The notes below the pieces were generated by a model that searched no databases, was not told the origin of the DNA, and saw only the letters and a list, made by a program, of their open reading frames with translations. Shown here one piece after another: positions 25,940 through 38,444 of a DNA stretch of 64,000 bases. Source of the DNA: Eledone cirrhosa (lineage: Eukaryota); the NCBI GenBank assembly GCA_964016885.1, contig OZ024743.1:257672001-257736000 (forward strand). The letters run 5' to 3'. Within the stretch, counting starts at the first letter, position 1. Each line of letters starts with the position of its first letter. The position numbers were made by a program, and so were the translations under genes.

Positions 25940-27310
25940 TGTATTATTTAAAAATATATTTCTATATATTCTATTCTGATACGGAGTGCTCAATACTACC
26001 TTGCATAAAGTTTTATAGATGCACAAGCAATATACATGTTCATAATACCTTAGATATATAATATATAAGCAACAAGCATGTTAACCCCTTTGATACGAAC
26101 CCGCCCCAAACTACCCCTTGTTTGATAAACAAAACCATCTATTATAAAAGGCTTCTATTTAAATTAAAATCTTTCAACATAATTTTATTTAAGAACCATA
26201 TAAAGAAAAAAGATATTGTTGCAAATCTCCCCAAATTCTTCATTAATTAATTGAAATAGTTTGCTCTTATTTAAACTGAAATCTTCCATCATAATCATTT
26301 ATACAAATCATACAGTAAGTTACTATCTTAGCAATGAATTAATAATTTTAGTAATTCCCTTAAAATTTGTAATTAATTAATGGAAACTGAGTGTAATTTC
26401 ATTAGAATATGGTTGTAAAAGTGATATTTCTTTTGTATAGATATGTGTGCATTATTCTGTAAATGTTATGTTACTTTCACAGGCCCATGGTAGACTATAC
26501 ATATCATGGGGTCTTTTGAAGGAGCAATGCTTTAAAGCCAGATGGCCTTCTTGGTGTGAACATCTTCAGTCACCTATTAAAACATGGTACAGCCTGATTC
26601 AAAAATTTTCAAGAGTGATATATTATATAAGATATATTTCTATTGTCAATAAAAAAAGTGACTGTTCAAAACCGGTGTGTGTAAGGTTCCTGGACACAGA
26701 CAAGTACATAGTTATGTTATCTTTGAAATGATATATATCACAATTCAATACTTCAAGTGTCTTATATGATAGTAATTAATAATTTAAGCACAAAGCCTGA
26801 AAATTTAAGGGAGGCACAAATGTCATTAAACCAATCCCATAACTTAGCTGATACTTTGTTTTATCAGCTCCAGAATGATGAAAAGCAAAATTATTCTTGG
26901 TGGGATTTGAACTTTGAATGTAAAAGGACATAACAAATACACTGTAATGATATTTTAATTGATGCTCTACCACCACTCTTACATGATATTGTTTATATCA
27001 TTTAAAAATATATTTCAATATATTCTATTGTGAACCAGAAATAAAAAGTGCTCAATACAAACATATGTAAAGTCCTGAGATATACAAACAAGATAAGCAT
27101 GTTATCTTTTCGATGATATACATTACAGTTCAGTAGGCAGATGATTCTCAAATTATATTATTTAAATATATATTTCAATATATGCTATTGTGAAGCAGAA
27201 ATACAAAATGTTCAATACAGACAAATGTAAATGTTCTTAGTCACACAAACAATATATACTTGAGATGATATATATCACAACTGAATAATTAGAAGAGTCT
27301 TACACTGTAT
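25940..27310 (+). repeat. Old ~160-bp repeat family (units about 25945, 26625, 27000, 27160; also 36650 and 41220)
   Basis: Shared aaatatatttcaatatat(t/g)ctattgtgaa.cagaaata...gtgctcaa.ac motif and order. Confidence 0.6.
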
Positions 27311-27324
27311 ATATAAATATATAT

Positions 27325-27782
27325 ATATTGTTATACTTTGGGAGGGTGAATATATATATATTGTTATACTTTGAGGGTCAATAAGAAACACATGCACCAG
27401 TTGCTTTCACTCCAATTTATTATAAATTAAAAATTAAAAAATATTTCTAAAAAAAAAAAAAAAAAAATTGTATTGCATGTCTACACCATCTTTTCCATGA
27501 AAAGATGGCGTAGACATACAATACAACAGGAGGAAACATAATAGCACCACTAACGATGTTGCAGATGTGCAATGAAAGAATTTTATTAGACTATATATAA
27601 GTGTTTGTGTCTATATTATATCTGTATTTTTGACCGTTGGTCAGTCAATGGTAACATTGAGGACCGAATAAATAAAATTAACTGATAAAAAAGATACAGA
27701 AGCGAAAAGTGAGTGTGTTCTGTTATTAATTCTGGCAATATTATTACACTAATATGACCCTCCCCAAGTATAACAATATATT
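27325..27782. mobile_element. Fold-back Penelope-like terminal-repeat remnant
   Basis: Both ends carry tgaccctc..aagtataacaata in opposite orientation; left arm matches 38780-38863; central 28-bp hairpin 27468-27526; decayed hammerhead CTAACGA...GAAA at about 27550-27577. Confidence 0.55.
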
Positions 27783-27795
27783 TATATATATATAT

Positions 27796-27962
27796 CATTT
27801 CATCATCATCATTTCATTTTACGTCTGCTTTTCTCTGTTTGCAAGGGTGGGACGGGAACTGATTCTGGCTGAATTTCTACAGCTGGATGCCCTTCCTAAC
27901 ACCAACCTCATTTACAGTGAATGCTGGGGGCTTTTTGGCCGTGGCACCTCCACGACCACTTT
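27796..27962 (-). mobile_element. 3' part of the RTE-tailed CORE-SINE
   Basis: Matches the tail of 36972-37305 and 46543-46873. Confidence 0.8.
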
Positions 27963-28022
27963 ACATACACATACATATATATACATACACATGCATATAC
28001 ATACATATATATATATATACAT

Positions 28023-29180
28023 ACTAAGGTCCTTGTAAGTAGACGAGAAAACAGAACCCAGATCCCCTCAGGGAAATGGCCTTGCTCAGTATGTAGGAAG
28101 GTGTAGGTAGGAACTCCATTCTCTGCCCCAAATACAAACAATGGGTACACAAGCGATGTAGCGGGATCCCAGGAAGCTTAATTAAGATTGTAGGCTTCAC
28201 ATGCAGCAGCTGTGCTGGGACAGCAAGCATCAAACAACCACAGGAAACAAGTACCACCAATCTCTGGGAGGGCTCTGTAGAAACAGTAGACAGCTTCTGC
28301 TACCTAGGTGACCAAATTAGCAGCGGAGGTGGGTGTTCAGAAAGTACAATAACTAGGGTAAGAATGGGATGGAAGAAGTTCAGGGAACTACTGCCACTGC
28401 TAGCTGCAAAAGGCTTCTCCCTCAAAATGAAAGGCAGACTGTATGATGCGTGTATCCGAACAGCAGTGTTACATGGTAGTGAGACCTGGGCGCTGAAGGT
28501 GGAAGACTTATGTAGATTAGAAAGAAACGAAGCCTGCATGCTCCGATGAATGTGTAATAGTAATATATGCGAACGACAAAGCATAAATGAATTGAAAGAG
28601 AGACTGAGCATAAGAGGAATCAAATGCTGTGTGCAGGAGAGGCGGTTGCATTGGTATGGACATGTGATGCGTATGAAGGATGACAGATGCATAAAAAGGT
28701 GCAGAGCACTAGAAGTCGATGGAAACCGCGGAGTGGGGAGACACAAGAAGACCTGGGATGAGGTGATAAAAGCCGACCTTACCCAATTACACCTCTCAAA
28801 GGTGATGACACATGACCGTGACCTCTGGCGTCAAGCAGTAATACAGAGTACCCGACCTCCCATGGGTACAAGCTGAAGCATATAGAGAATATGCCCCCAC
28901 ACCCTCCAACTGCAAGGTGGTCGTGGAGGTGCCACGGCAAAAAAGCACCCAGCCCACACTGTAAAGTGGACGTGTAGGCACCACGGAAAAAGCACCCACA
29001 ACTCACTATAAATGAGGTTGGTATTAGGAAGGGCATCCAGCTGTAGAAATCAAGCCAAAATCAGTTCCTGTATGAGCAAGACATGGTCAGCCGACCAGAC
29101 ACTGCCCAAAACAGGACAACCCGTCTAACCCATGCTAGCGTGGAAGAACGGATGTAAAACGGTGATGATGATGATGATGA
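28023..29180 (+). mobile_element. RTE family B, 5'-truncated (PHD finger to tail)
   Basis: TKVLVS...GKWPCSVCRK...VDSFCYLG...HGSETWAL...WYGHVMRM; frameshift and stop; (GAT)n tail. Confidence 0.93.
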
Positions 29181-29260
29181 CATACATATATATACATACA
29201 CATACTTATATATATATATATATGTACACATACATATATATATATATACGTACACATACA

Positions 29261-29695
29261 TTCTACAACGTGAGGACCAAAAACGTGAGGTGTTCAGAAT
29301 TGCTAGGCAATGTGTCAAGGAAAACAGTGATATTGTCAGGGAGAAGTGTGTACTTAACGATGACGGCGTACTTGCCATCACCGACGCCGATAAGAAGGTA
29401 GCTTGGAAGTGTCACTATGAAAGGCTACTAAATGAGGAGAATAAATGGGAGAAAGACAGTCTCCCCCACATCGACCCAATAGAGGGACCAGCAGTGTTAG
29501 TCGAAGGTAGTATAATAAGTAAGGCAATCAAAGATATGAAAACAGGCAAGGCGGCTGGGCCTTCGGAAATAGTTGCCGAGATGCTGAAGGCATCTGGTAC
29601 GGTGGGACACACCATGGTCACCCGGATAGTCAACCAAGTCATACAGAATGGGGTTGTTCCGAAGGACTGGCGTAGCAGCATTATCGTTAACTGTT
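29261..29695 (+). mobile_element. RTE family A outer copy, 5' part
   Basis: VFRIARQC...GKAAGPSEIVAEMLK...PKDWRSSIIVNC; ends exactly where the 33332 segment resumes (YKGKGD). Confidence 0.92.
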
Positions 29696-32600
29696 CATCA
29701 TCATCATCATCATCAGGTTTAGCGTCCGTGTTCCACGCTTGCATGGGTTTGGACGGGGGTTTTCCCACTTGAGGCAAGAGTGGTTGTCTTGCTCGCATAG
29801 GACTGTCTGGCGGGTTTTCTACAGTTGGATGCCCTTCCTAACACCAACCACATTTACAGTGTGGGGCTGGGAGGTTTTTACCGTGTTGCCTACACGGCCA
29901 CATTACAGCGTGGACTGTCTGGCGGGTTTTCTACAGCTGGATGCCCTTCCTAACACCAACCACACTTACAGTGTGGGGCTGGGAGGTTTTTACCGTGTTG
30001 CCTACACGGCCACATATACAGCGTGGACTGTGTGTTTTTTTGTCGTGACACCTACACGATCTCATTTGTTTCGGCCTGGATGTTGTGGGACCAACATAAC
30101 TTTACATTGAAAGGGGCGGTGTGGGTGGGGTGGAGGTGGTGGGACGGGGGTGTGTTTTGATAGAGATGCCTACTGACTGTAGTAGGTTTTTACTTTGTAT
30201 TTAGGTAAGGCGGGTCTTCTCTATTACTGAGTACCGCCAAAGGTCTCGGTCCAGTGACATTGTCTTGGAAAGGTGTAAGCGTGTGAGGTCGGAATTTATC
30301 AGCTCGTCCCATGTTTTTCTGGGTCTGCCTACTCCGTGGCTACCGTCTATCTTTATTGCCCTGCACTTTGTTATACAGCTGTCGTCTTTCATGCGCATCA
30401 CGTGACCGTACCAACGTAGCCTTCTCTCGAGTAAACAACATCTGATCCCTCTTATTTCTAATTTTTTCCTTAGTTCGTTTATGCTTTGCCGTTCACGTAT
30501 ATTACTATTGCACATCCAGCGGAGCATGCAAGCTTCGTTCCTCTCTAGTCTGCGTATATCCTCTGCACACAATGCCCAGGTCTCACTGCCATGCAGCATT
30601 GATGTTCGTATGCAGGCATCGTATAACCTGCCTTTCATTTTTAGGGAGAACCCTCTAGCGGCTAATAGTGGTATAAGCTCTCTGAACTTTTTCCATCCAG
30701 TTCTGACTCTAGCTACTGTACTTTCAGAGCACCCTCCCCCACTGCTGATTTTGTCACCCAGGTAACGGAAGCTGTCCACTATTTCTATAGAACCCTCTGC
30801 GCAGTTGAAGGAGCTAGTATTTTGTGGACACTTGCTGCTACTTATTGCACCAGAGCACCGGCCACATGTAAAATCTATGTTCTTAGTTAGCTTGCCTGTG
30901 ATCTCACTACATCTTTTATGCACCCATACTTTGCATTTGGGACATAAAATGGAGTTTCTACCTACGCCTTTCCTACACACTGAGCATGGCCATTTCCCAG
31001 ATGGGACCGCCGCCTTATTTTCTTTCCTACAAACTAGAACTTTAGTCTTAGCCAGGTTAATTTTAAGGCCTTTTGATTCTAGGCCGTGCTTCCATGTTTG
31101 GAATTTCTTCTATAGTTCGGTCATTGATTCAGCTATGAGCGTTAGATCATCTGCGTATAGGAGTTCCCATGGGCAGCCGGTCTTGAACTCCTCTGTTATA
31201 GCCTGAAGGGCAATAATAAATAGTAGGGGGCTAAGAACAGAGCCCTGATGGACACCAACTTTTACACTAAACTCTTCACTATATTCGTTGTTAATTCTAA
31301 CCTTACTGACTGTTTCTTTATACATGGCTTGTATAGCTCTCACAAGCCATTCGTCAACACCTAGTTTTCTAAGAGACCACCAGATAATGGAACGGGGGAC
31401 TCTGTCGAAGGCTTTCTCCAAGTTGACAAAAGCTAAGTATAGGGGTTTACTTTTAGCTAGGTACTTCTCCTGTAGTTGTCGTACAATGAAAAGTGCGTCT
31501 GTGGTACATTTGCCTGACACAAACCCGAACTGCATTTCATCTAGATCAATTCTCTCTCTGATTAGTTGCGCTATTACTTTTTCCGTGACCTTCATGACCT
31601 GGTCGATTAATTTAATGCCTCTATAGTTACTCCTATCTAGGGCATCTCATTTTCCCTTATAGCAGTTAACGATGATGTTGCTACGCCAGTCCTTCGGAAC
31701 AACCCCATTCTGTATGACTTGGTTAACTATCCGGGTGACCATGGTGTGTCCCACCGAACCAGATGCCTTCAGCATCTCAGCAATTATTTCCGAAGGACCA
31801 GCCGCCTTACCCGTCTTCATATCTTTGATTGCCTTGCTTATTGTACTACCCAGGACTAACACTGCTGGTCCCTCTATTGGGTCGTTGTGGGGGAGACTGT
31901 CTTTCTCCCATTTGTTCTCCTCATTTAGAAGCCTTTCGTAGTGACACTTCCAAGCTACCTTCTTATCAGCGTCGGTGATGGCAAGTATGCCATCATTGTT
32001 AAGTACACACTTCTCCCCGACAATATCACGGTTTTCCTTGACACATTGCCTGGCAATCCTGAACACCTCACGTTTTTGGTCCTCACGTTGTAGAACATGC
32101 TTGAACTTTCTTTCCTCTGCTTCCCTTCTTGCGAAGTACACTTGTCTCCTAGCTTCCCTCCTGGCCACTTGATAGTCTTCTCTACTTCCCCCATCCCACC
32201 ATACTTTCCAAGCCTGCTTTTTGGCCTTAATTGACTCCTCCACCTTACTGTTCCACCACCATGTTACTCTCCTCCCACCTACAGGCCTGCTCCAGCCACA
32301 GACTTCGTCTGCCGCTGTCAGCAGGTTTGCCCTCAGGAATTCCCACTGTTCCTCTATATTATACGACTCTAATTGCTCTTCCTTACTGTCGAAAGCGTCA
32401 AGTAATATGCTTTGAAATTTATTTCTGGCTATGGGGTCCTTTAGCTTCCATATTTTTCTCCTGAGGATAGTCCTCTTCCGCTGTCTAGTACGTCTCGTCC
32501 TGACTATGAGGTCGCTAATTATCAGTCTATGTTGGGAGGTGAATTCTTCATGGGGGAGGGATTTAGTGTTAACAACAGACACTCTGTCACGTCTTCTGGT

Positions 32601-33331
32601 AAGGATATAATCTACCTGGCTTGTGTGTTCCCCCGATCTATAGGTGATCAAGTGATTGTCTCGTTTTTTGAAGTTAGTGTTACAGATAGTTAAGTTATTT
32701 GCGTCGCAGAATTCCAGGATTCTGGAGCCTTCCTCATTTCTAGTACCGAAACCATAGCCTCCATGGATTCCATCATAGCCATCACAATGTTGTCCAACGT
32801 GACCATTTAGGTCGCCTGCAATAACTATATAGTCACTGTCGGTTATTTGGGAGGTAGCGAGCATCAGTGTCTCGTAGAATCTGTCTTTTATAGCGCCGGG
32901 CAGTCCGGATTGGGGTGCGTACGCAGATATTACTGTCACCGTAGTTTTATTGAGGACAAGTCTTATTTTAATTATTCTGTCGTTCACTCTATTTACGTCT
33001 ATTATCTTATCTGCCAACTTTTCTGCTACCATGATTCCTACCCCACCCAACCCATTGTCATTTCCCACCCAGAAAAGCTTATAGCATCGTTCTTTACCCA
33101 CGATGAATCTAGCCGCCCCTCCCCTCCACCTAGTCTCTTGAATACAACAAACATCGACCTCCTTACGTTCAAGCATTTCTACAACCTCGTTAGAGCGACC
33201 CTTTAAGGTGCCTACATTCATGGTACCAACTCTGAAGTTTTGGATTGCGTTTGGAGGGTGGGAGCGGTGGGGCGCGGGGGGGGGGGGGGTTATGTTAGCC
33301 ATCCTGAGCCGAAACAAGGAGGAGTGTTTGC
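29696..33331 (-). mobile_element. RTE family A inner copy, near full length
   Basis: (GAT)n tail 29696-29715, 3'UTR 29716-30200, ORF 33317->30201; 5' end homologous to 50430-50478. Confidence 0.96.
30201..33317 (-). pseudogene. RTE ORF: APE endonuclease, reverse transcriptase and intra-RT PHD finger; ~1039 codons with two nonsense mutations
   Basis: ORF-track pieces 31647-33317, 31110-31595 and 30201-30980 are in one frame; stops TGA (31647, GGA in the paralog) and TAG (31110, GAG in the paralog). Motifs GTMNVGTL, IQETRW, GDLNGH, VDYIL, QFGF, AFDRV, QGSVLSP, YADD, FRYLG, WYGHVMRM. Confidence 0.95.
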
Positions 33332-35187
33332 ATAAGGGTAAAGGAGATGACCTAGATAGGAGTAACTATAGAGGCATTAAATTAATCGACCAGGTCATGA
33401 AGGTCACGGAAAAAGCAATAGCGCAACTAATCAGAGAGCGAATTGATCTAGATGAAATGCAGTTCGGGTTTGTGTCAGGAAAAAGTACCACAGACGCACT
33501 TTTCATTGTACGACAACTACAGGAGAAGTACCTAGCTAAAAGTAAACCCCTATACTTAGCTTTCGTCGACTTGGAGAAGGACTTCGACAGAGTCCCCCGT
33601 TCCATTATCTGGTGGGCTCTTAGAAAACTAGGTGTTGATGAATGGCTTGTGAGTGCTATACAAACCATGTATAAAGAAACAGTCAGCAAGGTTAGAATTA
33701 ACAACGAATATAGTGAAGAGTTTAGTGTAAAAGTTGGTGTTCATCAGGGCTCTGTTCTTAGCCCCCTACTATTTATTATTGCCCTCCAGGCTATAACAGT
33801 GGAGTTCAAGACCGGTTGCCCATGGGAACTCCTATACGCAGACGATCTAACGCTCATAGCTGAATCAATGGCCGAGCTAGAGAAGAAATTCCAAACATGG
33901 AAGCACGGCCTAGAATCAAAAGGCCTTAAAATTAACCTGGCTAAGACTAAAGTTCTAGTTTGTAAGAAAGAAAATAAGGCGGCGGTCCCCTCTGGGAAGT
34001 GGCCATGCGCAGAGTGTAGGAAAGGCGTAGATAGAAATTCCATTTTGTGTCCCAAATGCAAAGTTTGTGTTCATAAAAGATGTAGTGGGATCACAGGTAA
34101 GCTAACTAAGAACATAGATTTTACATGTGGCCGGTGTTCTGGGGCAATAAGTAGCAGCAAGTGCCCACAAAATACTAGCTCTTTCAACTGCGCAGAGGGT
34201 TCTATAGAAATAGTGGACAGCTTCCGTTACCTGGGTGACAAAATCAGCAGTGGGGGAGGGTGCTCTGAAAGTACAGTAGCTAGAGTCAGAACTGGATGGA
34301 AAAAGTTCAGAGAGCTTATACCACTATTAGCCGCTAAAGGGTTCTCCCTAAAAATGAAAGGCATGTTGTACAATGCCTGCATACGAACATCAATGTTGCA
34401 TGGCAGTGAGACCTGGGCATTGTGTGCAGAGGATATACGCAGACTAGAGAGAAACGAAGCTTGCATGCTCCGCTGGATGTGTAATAGTTAATATACATGA
34501 ATGACAAAGCATAAACGAACTAAGGAAAAAATTAGAAATAAGAGGGATCAGATGTTGTTTACTAGAGAGAAGGCTACGTTGGTATGGTCACGTGATGCGC
34601 ATGAAGGACGATAGCTGTATACCAAAGTGCAGGGCAATAAAGATAGACGGTAGCCACGGAATAGGCAGACCCAGAAAAACCTGGGACGAGCTTATAAACT
34701 CCGACCTCACACACTTACACCTCACCAAGACAATGTCACTGGACCGAGACCTTTGGCGGTACTCAGTAATAGAGAAGACCCGCCTTACCTAAATACAAAG
34801 TAAAACCTACTACAGTCAGTAGGCATCTCTAACAAAATACACCCCCATCCCCCCACCCTCCACCCCATCCACACCGCCCCCTTCTATGTAAAGTTATGTT
34901 GGTGCCACACCATCCAGGCCGAAACAAATGAGATCGTGTAGGTGTCACGACAAAAATACACACAGTCCACACTGTAATGTGGCCGTGTAGGCAACACGGT
35001 AAAAACCTCACAGACCCACACTGTAAATGTGGTTGGTGTTAGGAAGGGCATCCAACTGTAGAAAACCTGCCAGACAGTCCTATGCGAGCAAGACAATCAC
35101 TCTTGCCTCAAGTGGGAAAACCCCCGTCCAAACCCATGCAAGCATGGAACACGGACGTTAAACGTTGATGATGATGATGATGATGAT
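33332..35187 (+). mobile_element. RTE family A outer copy, 3' part (RT, PHD, C-terminus, 3'UTR, tail)
   Basis: YKGKGDDLDRSNYRGIKL...YADD...FRYLG; frameshift near 34490; (GAT)n tail. Confidence 0.95.
34006..34137 (+). other. PHD-type C4HC3 zinc finger coding segment inside the RT domain (also 30855-30986 -, about 28083-28215 +, 43250-43381 +)
   Basis: C-x2-C-x10-C-x2-C-x4-H-x2-C-x14-C-x2-C between GLKINLAKTKVL and VDSFRYLG. Confidence 0.85.
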
Positions 35188-35205
35188 ACATATATATATA
35201 TACGT

Positions 35206-35240
<35 letters not shown>

Positions 35241-35612
35241 CGTACACATACATATATATATATACATAAATGTACACATACATATATATATATATATATA
35301 TACAAACACATTCATATATATATACAAACACATACATATATATATACAAACACATACATATATATATATACATACACATACATACATATATATATACATA
35401 CACATAAATACATATATATATATACATACACATACATATATATATATACATACACATACATATATATATATACATACACATACACATACATATATATATA
35501 CATACACATACATATATATATACATACATATATAGACATACACATACATATATATATATATATATATACATACATATATATATATATATATACATACATA
35601 TATATATATATA
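35188..35612. repeat. Cryptic (TA)/(CATA) microsatellite
   Basis: Direct reading. Confidence 0.95.
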
Positions 35613-36200
35613 TGGTGGCTGCCAACTCGTTTTCGAGTACGGCCACTACTTTATATCCATGTTGGAGAACCCCTACCGATGCGCTGAACAAGTGTTACTT
35701 TTTAGTCCAGCCAGTGACTTGAAAACTCTGGTACAAACACTACACTTGTGACAATTATTGACACATAGTGTTGGGCCCATGGCAGAGAGATCTCCATATA
35801 TAAAGCAATGCCTGTGCCGTGAAGCTTTTATAGTGAGCAAAGGTACTGCACAAAGCCAGTCCCACTCTCTTAACCAAGATGATATTTACCAAAAAGAAGA
35901 ACAAGTCAACATCATTGGACACCATCAGGGTTGCAGGTGTTATATCAGAGTTTTACTTCTCCTAGAATTCTGCCTTGACAAAGGCTAAGGGGTCATCTCT
36001 CCCGGTGATTTTGGATGGCCATTGACTTTTAAGAGCTCCTTTGCCCTTTGACAGGTTTTGTTTTTAGTCCTGCAGGATGTCCAAAGTCACCCTCCTCACC
36101 AAGAAACCTTCATGGGGTTGCCAGTTTAGTCGCCAACGACCCGACCATGGGACAGGTTGTACTGGGATACAGGTTACCAGTAGCACCAACTGGTGACCTG
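35613..36200 (-). mobile_element. Non-coding, probably RTE-derived non-autonomous retroelement, copy 1
   Basis: Minus strand has an HDV-like fold at the 5' end, an RTE 5'UTR-like motif ctaggagaag(g/t)aaaactctga (from recall), a 3' stem-loop gtggc..actcg-aaaa-cgagt..gccac, and ends in (TA)n; second copy adjacent. Confidence 0.7.
36121..36178 (-). ncRNA. Candidate HDV-like self-cleaving ribozyme
   Basis: Minus strand: P1 ggtaacctg, J1/2 tatc, P2 ccagt, aca, P3 acc, L3 tgtcccat, P3' ggt, P1' cgggtcgtt, P1.1 gg, cga, J4/2 CTAA, P2' actgg. One A-C mismatch in P1 and essentially no P4. Confidence 0.5.
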
Positions 36201-36237
36201 ACATAAACATATATATATACATATATATATATATATA

Positions 36238-36643
36238 TGGTGGCTGCCAACTCATTTTCGAGTACAGCCACTACTTTATAACCATGTAGGAGAACTCCTA
36301 CTGATGCGCCGAACAAGCGTGACTTTTTAGTCCAGCCAGTGACTTGAAAACTCTGGTACAAACACTACACTTGTGACAATTATTGACACATAGTGCTGGG
36401 CCCATGGTACCATGTGATGACAAGTGCAGAGAGATCTCCAGATATAAAGCAATGACTGTGCCGTGAAGCTTTTATAGTGAGCAAAGACACTGCACAAAGC
36501 CAGTCCCACTCTATTAACCAAAATGATATTTACCAAAAAGAAGAACAAGTCAACATCATTGGATACCATCAGGGTTGCAGGTGTTATATCAGAGTTTTCC
36601 TTCTCCTAGAATTCTGCCTTGACAAAGGCTAAGGGGTCATCTC
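36238..36643 (-). mobile_element. Same non-autonomous element, copy 2, 5'-truncated
   Basis: Aligns with 35613-36000 with scattered substitutions and one short indel. Confidence 0.85.
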
Positions 36644-36971
36644 ATATATATAAAGAAAAATATTACAATATACCCTACTGTGAAGCAGAGATATAGAGTG
36701 CTCAAGACAGGCATGTGTATATAAGAAATAATATAAACAACTTCATGTTACCTGCAAGTTGATATATATATATATACATATGCATACATATATATCTACA
36801 TACACATACATATATACATACATATACATACATATATACATACATACACATACATATATATATATAGAAATCAAGCCAAAATTAGTTTCCGCCCCACCCT
36901 TGCAAGCAGGGAAAAAGCGAACTTAAAATGAAATGAATAAATGAAATGAAATATACATATATATATACATA

Positions 36972-38444
<1,473 letters not shown>

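Noticed and set aside
31647-31665. Inner-copy stop codon lying next to the position homologous to its own insertion site
   Set aside because: A single G->T substitution a few codons from the site; no mechanism evident, so treated as coincidence.
30481-33206. Plus-strand ORFs opposite the RTE ORF, and similar antisense ORFs at 28300, 42796 and 43548
   Set aside because: Antisense shadows of RT coding sequence with no independent motifs.
33208-34491. 427-aa ORF as a standalone gene
   Set aside because: Chimeric: the first ~41 codons are antisense to the inner RTE's 5' end and the rest is the outer copy's RT.
29696-35187. LTR element or giant TIR transposon interpretation of the inverted arms
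   Set aside because: The arms are LINE 3' halves with (GAT)n tails and are fully explained by nested insertion.
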